From NCBI RefSeq assembly GCF_028368995.1, contig NZ_JAQNDL010000001.1, positions 4,032,001 to 4,096,000 of the forward strand: a stretch of DNA of 64,000 bases, in the 5' to 3' direction. The notes under the pieces were generated by a model. It saw nothing but the letters and a program-made list of their open reading frames with translations, did no database searches and was not told where the DNA came from. Below, one piece after another: positions 40,121-50,492 of the stretch (the stretch's first letter is position 1; each line of letters starts with the position of its first letter). A program made the position numbers and the translations under genes. Source of the stretch: Nannocystis bainbridge (GTDB taxonomy: Bacteria > Myxococcota_A > Polyangia > Nannocystales > Nannocystaceae).

Positions 40121-40987
40121 ATGCTCGAAGCACTGATCCCGTACATCAAGCCGCCCGAGAAGCTGATCGCCGATCTTCCCGTCATCGGGCCGCTCAAGCT
40201 GCAGGTGTTCGGGCCGCTGGTCGCGCTGGGCGTCATCCTCGGGTACCACCGCTGCCTGGCGTTCGCGAAGAAGCGCGACATGGACGAGTTCATCGCCCGC
40301 GACCTGATGTTCTACATCCTGATCACGGGCTTCGTCATCTCGCACTGGGTCTCGGTGCTGTTCTACTTCCCCGAGGACGTGGCGCGGAACCCCGCGGTGC
40401 TGCTGATGATCTGGAACGGCCTGTCGAGCGTCGGCGGGTTCTTCGGCGCGCTGGTCGGGTTCTTCTGGTACCTGCGCAAGATGAAGCAGCCGTACCTGCT
40501 CTGGTGCGACATGCTGGTGTTCGGCCTGCTGGTCGGCTTCACCCTCGGCCGCCTCGGCTGCTCGCTGGTCCACGACCACCCGGGCGCGATCGTCGACCCG
40601 TCGCACTTCCTCGCGGTCGGCCCGTGGCCCGGCGGCGAGTACCGCTTCGACAACGGCCTGCTCGAGTTCATGTACCTGGTGCCGATCGTGCTGTTCGTGC
40701 ACTTCGTGTTCAACTGGGGCAAGTCGGCACCGGGCCGCATCTCCGGCCTCACGGCCCTGCTCTACGCGCCGTTCCGGTTCGCGCTCGACTTCATGCGCGA
40801 GAAGGACAAGCTGTACCTGGGCCTGACCACGGCTCACTACGCGACGATGATCATCTTCGCCGCCGGCGTGTACCTGGTGTTCATCCGCAAGCCGAAGCCC
40901 GACGACTACGCCTACGCCAAGGACAGCGAGCGCATCGCCCGCGAGCGCGCCGAGGCCGAGGCCAAGCAAGCGGCCGCCGCGACCTGA
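40121..40987 (+). CDS. lgt: Prolipoprotein diacylglyceryl transferase
   Basis: Multi-TM; [23 protein letters not shown]. Confidence 0.85.
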   Translation: MLEALIPYIKPPEKLIADLPVIGPLKLQVFGPLVALGVILGYHRCLAFAKKRDMDEFIARDLMFYILITGFVISHWVSVLFYFPEDVARNPAVLLMIWNGLSSVGGFFGALVGFFWYLRKMKQPYLLWCDMLVFGLLVGFTLGRLGCSLVHDHPGAIVDPSHFLAVGPWPGGEYRFDNGLLEFMYLVPIVLFVHFVFNWGKSAPGRISGLTALLYAPFRFALDFMREKDKLYLGLTTAHYATMIIFAAGVYLVFIRKPKPDDYAYAKDSERIARERAEAEAKQAAAAT

Positions 40988-41029
40988 GCGGCGATCCGGC
41001 CGCCCCCGGATTCCGCTCGATACGGGCGG

Positions 41030-41101
41030 CTGATCGAAGGGACATGCCCCATGGGGCATGTCCCTTCGCGCATGTCCCGGAGAGCATGCTCCGGAGGCCA
41101 G
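41030..41101. repeat. 14-bp-period motif array (5 units) containing a perfect 34-bp palindrome, at a convergent junction
   Basis: Units at 41030, 41044, 41058, 41072 and 41086; CGAAGGGACATGCCCCATGGGGCATGTCCCTTCG at 41035-41068. Confidence 0.85.
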
Positions 41102-41105
41102 CGCC

Positions 41106-42305
41106 TCAGCGCGGGCTCCAGCGCGGCAACCAGTCGACGCCCTTGCGGTCGGTGAGGCGGACGACGCCGGAGCCGTCGGGGCGCATCAGGTAGAGCTCGG
41201 GGTCGCCGTCGCGGTCGGAGGCGAACACCAGCAGCTTGCCGTCGGGCGAGAAGACCGGCTCACGGTTGGAGCTGGTGCCGGCGGTCAGCGGGACGATCGC
41301 CCCGGTCGCCAGGTCGGCCCGGCGCAGCGCGGCCTGCTGCGAGCCGGTGCGAGTGCTGAACACCAGGCCGCCGCCGTCGGGCGTGAAGGTCGGCTCGGCC
41401 TCGGCCGGCTCGAACTCCTTGCGGTCGCCCGGCGCGTCGGCGGTCAGCCGCCGCAGATCGGTGCCGTCGGGCTTGACCAGGAAGATCCGCTCGGCGCTCT
41501 CGCGGTTGCTGAGGAACGCCAGGAGCCCGCCGTCCCGCGACCACACCGGGCCCCAGTCGTCGAGCTGGAAGTGGGTCACGCGCTGCGGCTCGCGGCCGTC
41601 GGCGTGCATGACATAGATCTCGGCGTTGCCGTCGCGGCTCGAGACAAAGGCGATCCGGCGCCCGTCGGGCGACCAGGCGGGCTCGTAGTTGCCGGCGGGG
41701 TGGTCGGTCAGGCGGTTCAGCTTGGGCGCGGCGCGGTCGGCGAGGTCGACGGCGTAGATGTCGCGGAAGCTCGAGAAGGCGGCCTCGAAGGCGAGCTTGC
41801 GCCCGTCGGGCGACCACGCCGGGCTGCGCACCTGGGGGGCGGTCTCGCTGCGCCACAGCGGCTCGCCGAGCTCGCCGGCGGCCCCGAGCGGCCGGACCTC
41901 GATGCGCTCGAAGTGGCCGCCCTCGTGCTCGTCGACGGTGATGATCGCCATCAGCTCGCCGCTCGGCGAGATCGGGCCGGGCAGCACCGACGGCGGCCCC
42001 TCGCCGCCTGTCCCCTGGAGCATGGTCTTTGCGCCCTGTCCCGAAGGCAAGATGACATCGATCGCGGCCCCGCCCTCGCGCTCGGCGAGGAAGAAGATCC
42101 GCCCGGGCGCGGCGGCCCGCTCGTCGGCGCCGAGCGCCGGCCCCTCGGGGATGGCCGGCGCGGGCGGGAGCGGCTGGGTAGGCGCCTCGGCGGTCGCAGG
42201 CGCGGTCGCAGCGGGCTGGGCAGGGCTCTGGGCGCCGGAGCCACAGGCGGCGAGGAGGAGGCCGCCGAGGGCGACGGAGGAGGAGATCGTGGAGCGTCGG
42301 TGCAT
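41106..42305 (-). CDS. TolB-like beta-propeller (PD40 repeat) lipoprotein
   Basis: Repeated PAWSPDG..IAF.S.RDG; lipobox LAAC. Confidence 0.85.
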   Translation of the reverse strand: MHRRSTISSSVALGGLLLAACGSGAQSPAQPAATAPATAEAPTQPLPPAPAIPEGPALGADERAAAPGRIFFLAEREGGAAIDVILPSGQGAKTMLQGTGGEGPPSVLPGPISPSGELMAIITVDEHEGGHFERIEVRPLGAAGELGEPLWRSETAPQVRSPAWSPDGRKLAFEAAFSSFRDIYAVDLADRAAPKLNRLTDHPAGNYEPAWSPDGRRIAFVSSRDGNAEIYVMHADGREPQRVTHFQLDDWGPVWSRDGGLLAFLSNRESAERIFLVKPDGTDLRRLTADAPGDRKEFEPAEAEPTFTPDGGGLVFSTRTGSQQAALRRADLATGAIVPLTAGTSSNREPVFSPDGKLLVFASDRDGDPELYLMRPDGSGVVRLTDRKGVDWLPRWSPR

Positions 42306-42471
42306 CGCGCGGGGCCGTTCGTGGCGAGGACTGCGACGATGGCTCATAGCGCAGGTCCACGGGCGCGGGCAACCCGAGCGGGCCCGAGAACGAGGTTCGC
42401 GGCGGCGCAATGCGTCGCGGCGGGAGCGCGCGGCGGGCGATGGCCGCGGGCCGACCTCTGCGATCGCGGCG

Positions 42472-42945
42472 TCACCAGCCGATCGCGCGCAGGGCCGCGA
42501 ACACCAGCCAGCCGATCAGGACGGCGATGCCGACGGGGATCAGCACGGCGGCGACCACGGCGGCGACCACGAGCCGGCGATCGACGGCGCGCCGCTGCGC
42601 GGGCTCGGCGAGGTGGCCCTCGAGCAAGGCGAGGTTGCGCTGGTTGGCCTTGAAGCCGAAATCGAACATGTCCCCGAGGACAGGCACGGAGCCGACCAGG
42701 GCGTCGACGAGCACGTTGCCGGTCATGCGCGCGAGGGTGGCCGGCGAGGCGCCGAGGCCGGCCGCGCGCACGACGATCCAGCCCGACAGCACGGAGGAGA
42801 GGGTGTCGCCGAGGCCAGGCGCGAGGCCGAGGAGGGGGTCGAGGCCGACGCGCCAGTCGGTGCCGGGGATCCGCACGGCGTTGTCGAGCAAGGCGGCGAT
42901 CTGGCGCACGTCGTCAGGAGCGCGCAGCTGCGGGTCGCGGGGCAT
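42472..42945 (-). CDS. DUF4112 membrane protein
   Basis: LLDNAVRIPGT..RVGLDPLLGL.PG.GD, GD.FDF.FKAN.RN. Confidence 0.85.
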   Translation of the reverse strand: MPRDPQLRAPDDVRQIAALLDNAVRIPGTDWRVGLDPLLGLAPGLGDTLSSVLSGWIVVRAAGLGASPATLARMTGNVLVDALVGSVPVLGDMFDFGFKANQRNLALLEGHLAEPAQRRAVDRRLVVAAVVAAVLIPVGIAVLIGWLVFAALRAIGW

Positions 42946-43201
42946 GCGAGGACGATGCTTCGAAACGGGCGACCCGGCAACATGGGGCGTTCGCGGCGCG
43001 GACGGAGCGGCTGTCTCTCGGGACATGTCGGCCGGCGACCGCGACGAGGGCCGCGGCGTGCCGGCCCCGCGACGGTCTCGGCGACGCTGTGCGGCCCCAC
43101 AGCCGCTCGAAGGCGCGAGCGGGCCTCCTTCTGCCCGCCCGCGCCCGGTTCATGCCTGCCCGCCTCGCGCGCGGCACCAGCGCGCGGCGAGGCCGGCGAG
43201 C

Positions 43202-45700
43202 TCAGCGGACGAACACGGCGCCGAAGGTGGCGAGGTTCTTGTCGCCGTTGTCGCCGCCGCAGCTGGCGAGGTCGCCGACGGCGTAACCGAGCACGCTGCA
43301 CTGGCCCCCATCGCCGCCGATGCCGATGTACGAGTCGGGCGAGGTGCAGTCGTTCTCCTGGTTGGAGACGACGCCGATCCGCACCCGCGGCCAGCCCGCC
43401 ACCGCCCACGGCATCGAATTGAAGCCCTCGCGGTTGCAGAACGACTGCAGCGAGCTGCCGGTGATCAGGCTCTTCCAGGCGTCGCGGCCGACGCTGGTCG
43501 CGACGTAGGCGCCGCTCAGCAGGTTCTGCAGCGACGGCCGGTTGAGGCCCGGCAGCTTGATGGTCTTGAGCACCAGCGGCCCGTTGCCGATCGGGTACTC
43601 CATGCCGACGAGCACGTCGTTGAACGGCACGCTCATGAAGCTCTGCAGCTTGGCCTCGTTGTGGTCGAGGTCGGGGAACTGCGGCTGGTAGGTCGAAGCA
43701 TTGGTCCACAGCGCGGCGGCGTAGGTGAAGGTGTTGAGGGTGCCGTTGGCCTTGAGGGCGAGGGTCCAGCCGCCGCCGTCGATGGTCATCTCGCAGAAGA
43801 CGTTGAACGGCTGCAGGGCGCCGGCGCCGTCCGGATCGATCGGGTAGACGCCGTTGCCAGCGCCAGGAGTGGCCTGCTTGATGGCCTTGCAGCTGGTGGC
43901 GATGCCACACTTGCCGCCGGTGCAGAAGCCGGTGGTGCAGTCGAGGCCGCCGGTGCACTGGAGGTTGAGGCCGCACTTGCCACACGAGCCGCCGCAGTCG
44001 ACGTCGCTCTCGGTGCCGTTCTTGACGCCGTCGCTGCAGGTCGGCAGCAGACACTGATTGTTGCAAAAATCGTTGTTGTTGGCGTTGCCGTCGTCGCACT
44101 GCTCGACGCCCTGATGGACGATGGCGTCGCCGCAGCTGGCGGACTTGCAGGTGTTGAGGCAGGCGTCGTTGTCGGACAGGTTGCCGTCGTCGCACTGCTC
44201 GCCCTTGCCGGGCTGGACGAAGGTGTCGCCGCAGATCGGGTTGTTGCAGGCGAGGGTGCAGACGCCGGTGTTGCTGTTGCCGATGCCGGCGTCACACTGC
44301 TCGCCGGGCTGCTTGAAGCCGTCGCCGCAGGTGGCGAGCTTGCAGACGTTGGTGCAGGCGTCGTCGTTGCTCTGGTTGCCGTCGTCGCAGGCCTCGCTGG
44401 GGCTCTTGTCGCCGTCGCCGCAGATGTTGGTCTTGCACATGGCGTTGCACGGCTTGCCGGGGCCGTTGTTGACGCCGTCGTCGCACTGCTCGACGTTGGC
44501 CTGGACGAGGCTGTCGCCGCAGGTGGCGAGCTTGCAAGCGACGGTGCAGGCGCCGCTGTCGCTGTTGCTGCCGCCGAGGTCGCACTGCTCGCCCTCGTTG
44601 GGCTGATGGATGCCGTCGCCGCAGGCGGGGAGCTCGCAGCTGTCGGTGCAGCCGTCGTCGTCGTCGCCGTTCTGCCCGTCGTCGCAGTCCTCGCCCGGAT
44701 CGAGGGTACCGTTGCCGCACTCCTCGAGCTTGCAAGTGGCCGAGCAGCCGTCGCCCGGATCGAGGTCGCCGTCGTCGCAGGCCTCGCCGGGGCCCTGGTC
44801 GCCGTCGCCGCAGGTGTTGAATTGACACCCGGCGTTGCAGGCCTTGCCTGCCCCGTTGTCGACGCCGTCGTCGCACTCCTCGATGCCGTCGCCGGTGTTG
44901 TAGAGGGCCCCGTCGCCGCAGACGTTGAGCTTGCAGCTGGTGGTGCAGGCGGCGTTGTCGGCGTTGGCGTTGCCGTCGTCGCACTGCTCGCCGACGCTGT
45001 CCTGGACGTGACCGTCGCTGCAGGTGGCGTCGGTGCAGGTGTCGGTGCAATCGTCGCTGTTGTCGGCGTTGCCGTCGTCACACTGCTCGGTCGGGGCGAC
45101 GATGCCGTCGCCGCAGCTGGCGAGCGCGCAGGAATTGGTGCAGTCGTCGGTGTCGTCTTCGTCGCCGTCGTCGCATCCCTCGCCCGGGCCGACGGCCCCG
45201 TCGCCGCAGACGTTGTCGGTGCAGTCGGCCTTGCAGCTATTGGTGTCCATGTTGTCGGCGCCGTCGTCACACTCCTCGCCGGGGCCCTGATCGCCGTCGC
45301 CGCAGGCATTGGCCTGACACTGCATGTTGCACGGCTTGCCGGCGCCGTTGTCGGGGCCGTCGTCGCAGGCCTCGCCCCGATCGAGCTGACCGTCGCCGCA
45401 GACGGGGTCGGGCTCGCCAGTGGTGGTATCGGTGGTCTCGCCGGTGGTCGTGGTGGTGGTGCTGTCGCCGGTCGTGGCGACGGTCATGCCGCCGGTCATG
45501 CCCTGCGTGGTGGTCGGCGTGTCGGTGACGCCGACGGTGGTGGTCGTCGTCGCCACCCCGGTGCTGGTCTGCACGTCGCCGCCGGTGGTGGTGGCCTCGC
45601 TCGCGCCGACAGTGCCGGCCGTGCCGGAATCACCGCACGCCGCGAGCAACAAGGTGGTCGAAAGGACAGATCGCCGCAGGCCAAGCTCTAACGTTCGCAT
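43202..45700 (-). CDS. Myxococcus Cys-rich repeat (DUF4215) lipoprotein with C-terminal fibrinogen-like domain
   Basis: About 12 CGDG...E.CDDG repeats; VFCEMTIDGGGWTL; lipobox LAAC. Confidence 0.9.
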   Translation of the reverse strand: MRTLELGLRRSVLSTTLLLAACGDSGTAGTVGASEATTTGGDVQTSTGVATTTTTVGVTDTPTTTQGMTGGMTVATTGDSTTTTTTGETTDTTTGEPDPVCGDGQLDRGEACDDGPDNGAGKPCNMQCQANACGDGDQGPGEECDDGADNMDTNSCKADCTDNVCGDGAVGPGEGCDDGDEDDTDDCTNSCALASCGDGIVAPTEQCDDGNADNSDDCTDTCTDATCSDGHVQDSVGEQCDDGNANADNAACTTSCKLNVCGDGALYNTGDGIEECDDGVDNGAGKACNAGCQFNTCGDGDQGPGEACDDGDLDPGDGCSATCKLEECGNGTLDPGEDCDDGQNGDDDDGCTDSCELPACGDGIHQPNEGEQCDLGGSNSDSGACTVACKLATCGDSLVQANVEQCDDGVNNGPGKPCNAMCKTNICGDGDKSPSEACDDGNQSNDDACTNVCKLATCGDGFKQPGEQCDAGIGNSNTGVCTLACNNPICGDTFVQPGKGEQCDDGNLSDNDACLNTCKSASCGDAIVHQGVEQCDDGNANNNDFCNNQCLLPTCSDGVKNGTESDVDCGGSCGKCGLNLQCTGGLDCTTGFCTGGKCGIATSCKAIKQATPGAGNGVYPIDPDGAGALQPFNVFCEMTIDGGGWTLALKANGTLNTFTYAAALWTNASTYQPQFPDLDHNEAKLQSFMSVPFNDVLVGMEYPIGNGPLVLKTIKLPGLNRPSLQNLLSGAYVATSVGRDAWKSLITGSSLQSFCNREGFNSMPWAVAGWPRVRIGVVSNQENDCTSPDSYIGIGGDGGQCSVLGYAVGDLASCGGDNGDKNLATFGAVFVR

Positions 45701-45943
45701 GTTCACCCTCCACGCCCCGGCGACGGCTCGCCCCACGCATGGGGGCGACTCTCCGCACACTGTCGCTACAAGGCCTCATATGCCTGCCAGAAGCCGTGGA
45801 GGCGCACAAGCGGCCGAATCAGTCGCCTGTCGCGCGAGCGCTGGCGCGCAGCGCTCCTGCGCGCGGAGGGTCGGGCGAGCTGCTTGGCAGCCGAGGCCGG
45901 GCACGCGTCGACGACTTGGCAGTCGACGCGGAGGGCTGGCAGC

Positions 45944-46558
45944 TCAGCCGGCGGCCGGCAGCGGCGCGACCGGGGTGCTGGCGCGGTTGCGGACGAACAG
46001 GCGCTTCAGGCCGAGCTTGGTGGCGAGGGCAGTACCTGTCCCAATGGCCATGACCGCAGGAGCAGCCAGACCGCCGGTCAGGGCGACAGCGCCAGCGGCG
46101 ACGAGCACGCCGACCGAGGTCGAGGCGGCCCCGGTGCCAGCCTCGACGGTGGCGTGGACACAGGCCTGCTTGCCGGACATGGTGCCGCGGCGCCAGGCCA
46201 CGACGCCCTCGGCGGCCCCGAAGGCGGCGTCGATGACGAGGCCGACCACGCCCGCCCGCGCGGCCGTGCGCGCGATCTGGAGCCCCGCCGCGCGAGCGGT
46301 CGTCACCACCGCGAGGCTGACGACCTCGGCCGCGCCGGCCTGCGCCGCGACATCGACGAGCGTCGGCGCCGCGCCCGCGACGGTGCTGCTGGCGGTGCGG
46401 GTGAGCACGGTCTGCAGGCCGGCCTGGGCCACGGTGGGCAGCACTTCGCGGCCACCGGTGTCGTAGAGCGTGCGGGCAGCAGAGCGAGCGGCGAGCGCGG
46501 CCTGGCCCGCGAGCGCGCCCATGACGAGATCCCGGTGACTGCGGGCAGAGTCGGACAT
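45944..46558 (-). CDS. Ala/Gly-rich hydrophobic protein
   Basis: Start MSDSARS; C-terminal hydrophobic Gly/Ala helices. Confidence 0.6.
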   Translation of the reverse strand: MSDSARSHRDLVMGALAGQAALAARSAARTLYDTGGREVLPTVAQAGLQTVLTRTASSTVAGAAPTLVDVAAQAGAAEVVSLAVVTTARAAGLQIARTAARAGVVGLVIDAAFGAAEGVVAWRRGTMSGKQACVHATVEAGTGAASTSVGVLVAAGAVALTGGLAAPAVMAIGTGTALATKLGLKRLFVRNRASTPVAPLPAAG

Positions 46559-46770
46559 GATGCTAACGCTAGCAAACCGTGCGGGCGCAGTCCCGTATCG
46601 GCCTGGAGGCGCTGGCGCACGCGGGCTGGCGGGCGCGCAAGCGACTACGCAGACGCGGCGCCGAGGCCGCGGGCCGGGAGGCGTTCGGGATCGTCGGTGG
46701 GCGCGGGTCCGGAGGCAGCGCTGGAGAGCGAACGGAGAGGCCGTGATCGCATCCGCCAAAATAGTGAGAC

Positions 46771-46861
46771 ATGACCTTTCGGCCATGTCTGATTTTGCAG
46801 CGAGCTGAGCCTTGTGCGAGTCCGTTCGGACATGTCCCATCGGCCATGTCCGAATCGGCAC
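46771..46861. repeat. Cluster of TGTC-N6-GACA-like units
   Basis: Units at 46771 and 46785, then 46818, 46832 and 46846 (14-bp steps). Confidence 0.75.
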
Positions 46862-46862
46862 C

Positions 46863-48617
46863 TCAGGGCACGAGGCCGTTGCGCAGGTTGTTGCCGCGGC
46901 CCGTCGGCCACAGCAGGCACGAGGCGGTCGAGCCGGGCACGGTGTAGACGCGCACGCTCTCGACCATGTCCTCGGCGTCCTTGAGCGAGACGACGATCTC
47001 GACCTGGCCGTCGCCGTCGACGTCGGCGAGGGTGGGCACCGGCATCGCGCCGCGCCGCGGCAAGGGCAGCTGATGCTGCACGGCGCCGTCGCTGCCGAGG
47101 ACGAACAGCGCGCCCTTGTCGTCACCGGTGCTGTAGCTGTTGAACACGACCTCGGGCGCGCCGTCGCCGGAGAGGTCACCGATCACCACGCCGCCGGCCG
47201 CGACCTCGGGGTCGGTGGTGTACGCGGTGCTCCACAGCACCTGGCCGGCGGCGCTCACGGCGTGCACGCGCCCGTCGAAGCCGACGAACACGATCTCGAG
47301 GCCGGGGTGATCGGCGCGCAGGTCAGCGACCGCGACCTGGTTGGTGATGCCGACGATGTTGGTGTCGCCGTAGTCCCACAGGCCCGAGAGATAGTCGGGC
47401 AAGTGCACCGGCGTCTCGAAGCCGGGGCGGCGGCTGGCGTCGGCGCCGACGACCCATACGGCGACGCCCTCCTCGCGGTCGCTCTGGGTGGCGTTCTGCA
47501 CGCTGGCGAGCATGACGATCTCGCGCTGGCCGTCGCCGTCCAGATCGGCGATCGCGGGGGCGGTGTTGGTGAAGTGAGCCTGCAGCGCGCTGTCCTCGTC
47601 GTCGGCGTAGCCCTGCATCGCCTCGGCGAGGTCGTGCAGGTAGCGGACGCCGGGGGTCTTGCTGACGGGGAAGATGTCGGCGGCGTCGAAGGCCTCGCCG
47701 CTGCCGTGATGAATGCTGACGTAGGCGTTGTCGTGCGGGGCGACGAGGTCGGCCTTGCCGTCGCCGTCGAGGTCGCCGACGGCCAGGTTCTGATCGTAGC
47801 AGCCAGCCAGGTAACACTGGTCGTCGCAGCCCGCGCTGCCGGCCTCGTTGGGCGGAAAACCGGGCACCGGGCTGCCATCGCCGCGCCAGGCGTGCACGAC
47901 GTCGGTCGGGCCGCTGCGGCCGACGCTGACGGCGATGTCGAGCCGACCGTCGCCGTCGAGGTCGCCAGCGGCGATGCTGCGCAGCTCGTCCTCCCAGGTG
48001 ACAGGAAAACCAGGCGCGAGGGCACCTGACCGATCGAGCAGGTAGACCTGGTCGCGGGCGGCAAAGGCGATCTCGAGCTCGGGCCCGCCGATGAAGTCGG
48101 CGACGACGGGGCTCGACCAGATCCGCCCGCCCCCGGCCTCGAATTTGAAAAGGACCTCGCCGTCGGCGGCCCAGGCGAGCAAGGCCTGACCGCGCGGGAC
48201 GATGACCTCGTGGGCGCCGTCGAGGTCGAGGTCGGCGACGGCGGGGGAGCCGAGCCAGGCCTCCTCCCAGCGATCTTTCAAGCTGTACGCAAGGACAGGT
48301 TCGGCAGCGAGGGCCGATCCACCGCCGCCGTCACAGCTCGGCGCGGGCGGCTCGCCAGTGGTGCCGCCGGTGGTGCCCTCGGGGCTGCCGGTCGGGTCGA
48401 AGCCGGTCGTCGGCGCGGGCCCGTCGGTGGTGCCCTCAGTGCCACCACCGGTGAGGCCGCCGGGGTCGTCGGTGGTGGACAGCGAGGTCGCTGGGCCGGT
48501 CGCGTTGCCGGTGGGCCCGCCGTCGGTGTCGATGGCGCTCGCCGCCGTGCTGCAGGCGATCGCAAGGGTCGCCACGCCCGCTCCCGAGATCCGCCACGTC
48601 GCTCGTCTCATCTGCAC
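46863..48617 (-). CDS. FG-GAP/VCBS repeat lipoprotein
   Basis: Multiple (A/G)DLDGDG..EI repeats; lipobox AIAC; Thr/Gly linker. Confidence 0.85.
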   Translation of the reverse strand: MQMRRATWRISGAGVATLAIACSTAASAIDTDGGPTGNATGPATSLSTTDDPGGLTGGGTEGTTDGPAPTTGFDPTGSPEGTTGGTTGEPPAPSCDGGGGSALAAEPVLAYSLKDRWEEAWLGSPAVADLDLDGAHEVIVPRGQALLAWAADGEVLFKFEAGGGRIWSSPVVADFIGGPELEIAFAARDQVYLLDRSGALAPGFPVTWEDELRSIAAGDLDGDGRLDIAVSVGRSGPTDVVHAWRGDGSPVPGFPPNEAGSAGCDDQCYLAGCYDQNLAVGDLDGDGKADLVAPHDNAYVSIHHGSGEAFDAADIFPVSKTPGVRYLHDLAEAMQGYADDEDSALQAHFTNTAPAIADLDGDGQREIVMLASVQNATQSDREEGVAVWVVGADASRRPGFETPVHLPDYLSGLWDYGDTNIVGITNQVAVADLRADHPGLEIVFVGFDGRVHAVSAAGQVLWSTAYTTDPEVAAGGVVIGDLSGDGAPEVVFNSYSTGDDKGALFVLGSDGAVQHQLPLPRRGAMPVPTLADVDGDGQVEIVVSLKDAEDMVESVRVYTVPGSTASCLLWPTGRGNNLRNGLVP

Positions 48618-48647
48618 CTCCGCGGCGACGATACGCCAAAGCGGCCG

Positions 48648-48677
48648 CGACCATGATCACGATCGTGATCATGGTCG
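48648..48677. terminator. Perfect 30-bp palindrome just downstream of the FAAL gene (possible terminator or mRNA hairpin)
   Basis: CGACCATGATCACGA|TCGTGATCATGGTCG; no U-tract. Confidence 0.5.
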
Positions 48678-48717
48678 TGGTGTCGGTAGCGACCGTAAGC
48701 GCGCCGGGCGGGGCCGC

Positions 48718-50487
48718 TCAGTCTTCGGCGTCGCGGCTGCCGAAGGCCGCGCGGATGTAGCTCCAGCGCGACGTCGCCAGGTGCTTGATGACGTCGATCG
48801 TGCCGGCCTTGACGACGCCCTTGCCGAGCTGACCGTCGCGGAACAGCTCCGAGGTCTTGTTGCGCTGCAGCTTGCCGCTCGAGGTCTTGGGCAGGCTGCC
48901 GGGCACCAGCAGCACGACCTCGTCAGGCTTGAGCGCGAGGGTCTCGAGGATCTTGGCGGCGATCTTGTCGCGCAGGTCCTCGGCGTGCGGAGCCCGGACC
49001 TCGCAGGCGACGATCACCCGCTCGCGCCCGAGCGAGGCGTCCTCGATGCCGAAGGCGACCACGTTGCCGCGGCGCACGCCCTCGACCTGCGAGGCCTGCC
49101 ACTCGAGGTCCTGCGGGTAGTAGTTGCGGCCGTGGATGATGATGAGATCTTTGATCCGGCCGCACACGTAGAGCTCGCCGTCGGCCAGGTAGCCGAGGTC
49201 GCCCGTCGACAGCCAGCCGTCCTTGAGCACCTGCAAGGTGCGCTCGGCGTCGCCCCAGTAGCCGCGCATCACGCTCGGACCGCGCAGCTCGATCTGGCCG
49301 ACGCGACGGTCCGGCAGCGGGCCGCCCTCGGCGTCGACGATCCGCAGCTCGTGCTCGGGGAAGGTGCGCCCGCAGCAGACGACCTTGAGCGCGTCGTCGG
49401 CGTCGCTGGGCTTCGCCTCGCCGTGGACCAGCGCGTCGGGGTCGACCACGTCGGCGCGCAGGTCCTCCTCCAGCTCGACGAAGGTGACGGCGAGGCTGTG
49501 CTCGGCCATGCCGTAGCACGGCAAAAAGGCGGTGCGCTTGAAGCCCCAGGGGGCGAACCGCTCGGCGAACGCGTTGAGCGTGTCGTACTGGATCGGCTCG
49601 GCGCCGCAGCCGGCCACGCGCAGGTGCGACAGGTCGACGCCCTGCAGCTCGTGGTCCTTGATCCGCGCGGTGCACAGGCCGTACGCGAAGTTGGGCGCGA
49701 ACGAGACGCTGGCCTTGCGCTCCGACAGCTGGCGCAGCCACATCGCCGGCCGCTTGAGGAACAGCAGCGGCGACATGAACTGGACCCCGCGCACCTGCAG
49801 CACCGCCGGCGTGAACACGAAGCCGATGAGGCCCATGTCGTGGTAGAGCGGCAACCAGCTGAGGCCGAAGGTGTCGCCGTCGGCGCGCAGGCCGGCCCCG
49901 AGCGCCGCGATGTTGGCGATCAGGTTGGCGTGGGTGAGCGTGACGCCCTTGGGCTGCGAGGTGCTGCCCGAGGTGAACTGCAGGAACGCGACGTCGTCGG
50001 GCTTCACGTCGACGCCGATCGGCGCCGCGCGCTCGTCGACCGGCTTGACGAACGAGGCGTAGACCTCGACCGCGCGCACGCTCGGCACGTTGCTCATCAG
50101 CTTGCCGAGGATCGGCCGCACCTTGGCGTCGGTGACCACCAGCGAGCAGCCGGCCTGGCGCAGGATGTGGGTGGTGTTCGAGAGGTAGCCCTCGAACTGG
50201 CCGAGGTTCATCGGCGGATACACCGGCACCGGGATCGCGCCGGCGTACATCGCCCCGAAGATCGCCTCGACGAACTCCGACGAGTCCGGGAGGATGAGGC
50301 CGACGCGCTCGCCCGGGCGGACCCCCGCGGCCTGCAGCGCCGCGCCGAAGCGGCGGGCCCGCCGCGCGGTCTCGGCGTACGAGAGGAACCTGACCGGGTC
50401 CTTCTCCTGGACGAGGTGCGAGTAGCCGGCGTCGGCGCGGGCGGTCGCCGCGTCGAGGGCCTGCGTGAGCGTCTCGGGCCGCGTCAT
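48718..50487 (-). CDS. Fatty acyl-AMP ligase / acyl-ACP synthetase
   Basis: FLQFTSGSTSQPKG, SWLPLYHDMGLIG, PCYGMAE, TGDLG, GRNYYPQDLE, PKTSSGK. Confidence 0.92.
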   Translation of the reverse strand: MTRPETLTQALDAATARADAGYSHLVQEKDPVRFLSYAETARRARRFGAALQAAGVRPGERVGLILPDSSEFVEAIFGAMYAGAIPVPVYPPMNLGQFEGYLSNTTHILRQAGCSLVVTDAKVRPILGKLMSNVPSVRAVEVYASFVKPVDERAAPIGVDVKPDDVAFLQFTSGSTSQPKGVTLTHANLIANIAALGAGLRADGDTFGLSWLPLYHDMGLIGFVFTPAVLQVRGVQFMSPLLFLKRPAMWLRQLSERKASVSFAPNFAYGLCTARIKDHELQGVDLSHLRVAGCGAEPIQYDTLNAFAERFAPWGFKRTAFLPCYGMAEHSLAVTFVELEEDLRADVVDPDALVHGEAKPSDADDALKVVCCGRTFPEHELRIVDAEGGPLPDRRVGQIELRGPSVMRGYWGDAERTLQVLKDGWLSTGDLGYLADGELYVCGRIKDLIIIHGRNYYPQDLEWQASQVEGVRRGNVVAFGIEDASLGRERVIVACEVRAPHAEDLRDKIAAKILETLALKPDEVVLLVPGSLPKTSSGKLQRNKTSELFRDGQLGKGVVKAGTIDVIKHLATSRWSYIRAAFGSRDAED

Positions 50488-50492
50488 CGTCC

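Noticed and set aside
41030-41101. Short periodic arrays as mini-CRISPR
   Set aside because: 14-bp period, degenerate repeats, no unique 30-40-bp spacers and no cas genes
43900-45420. Repetitive DNA in the Cys-rich gene
   Set aside because: Fully explained by protein-level DUF4215 repeats common in myxobacteria
46828-46837. GGACATGTCC equals a p53 half-site (RRRCWWGYYY)
   Set aside because: It arises from the junction of two overlapping units; p53 sites repeat at 10 bp, not 14; treated as coincidence
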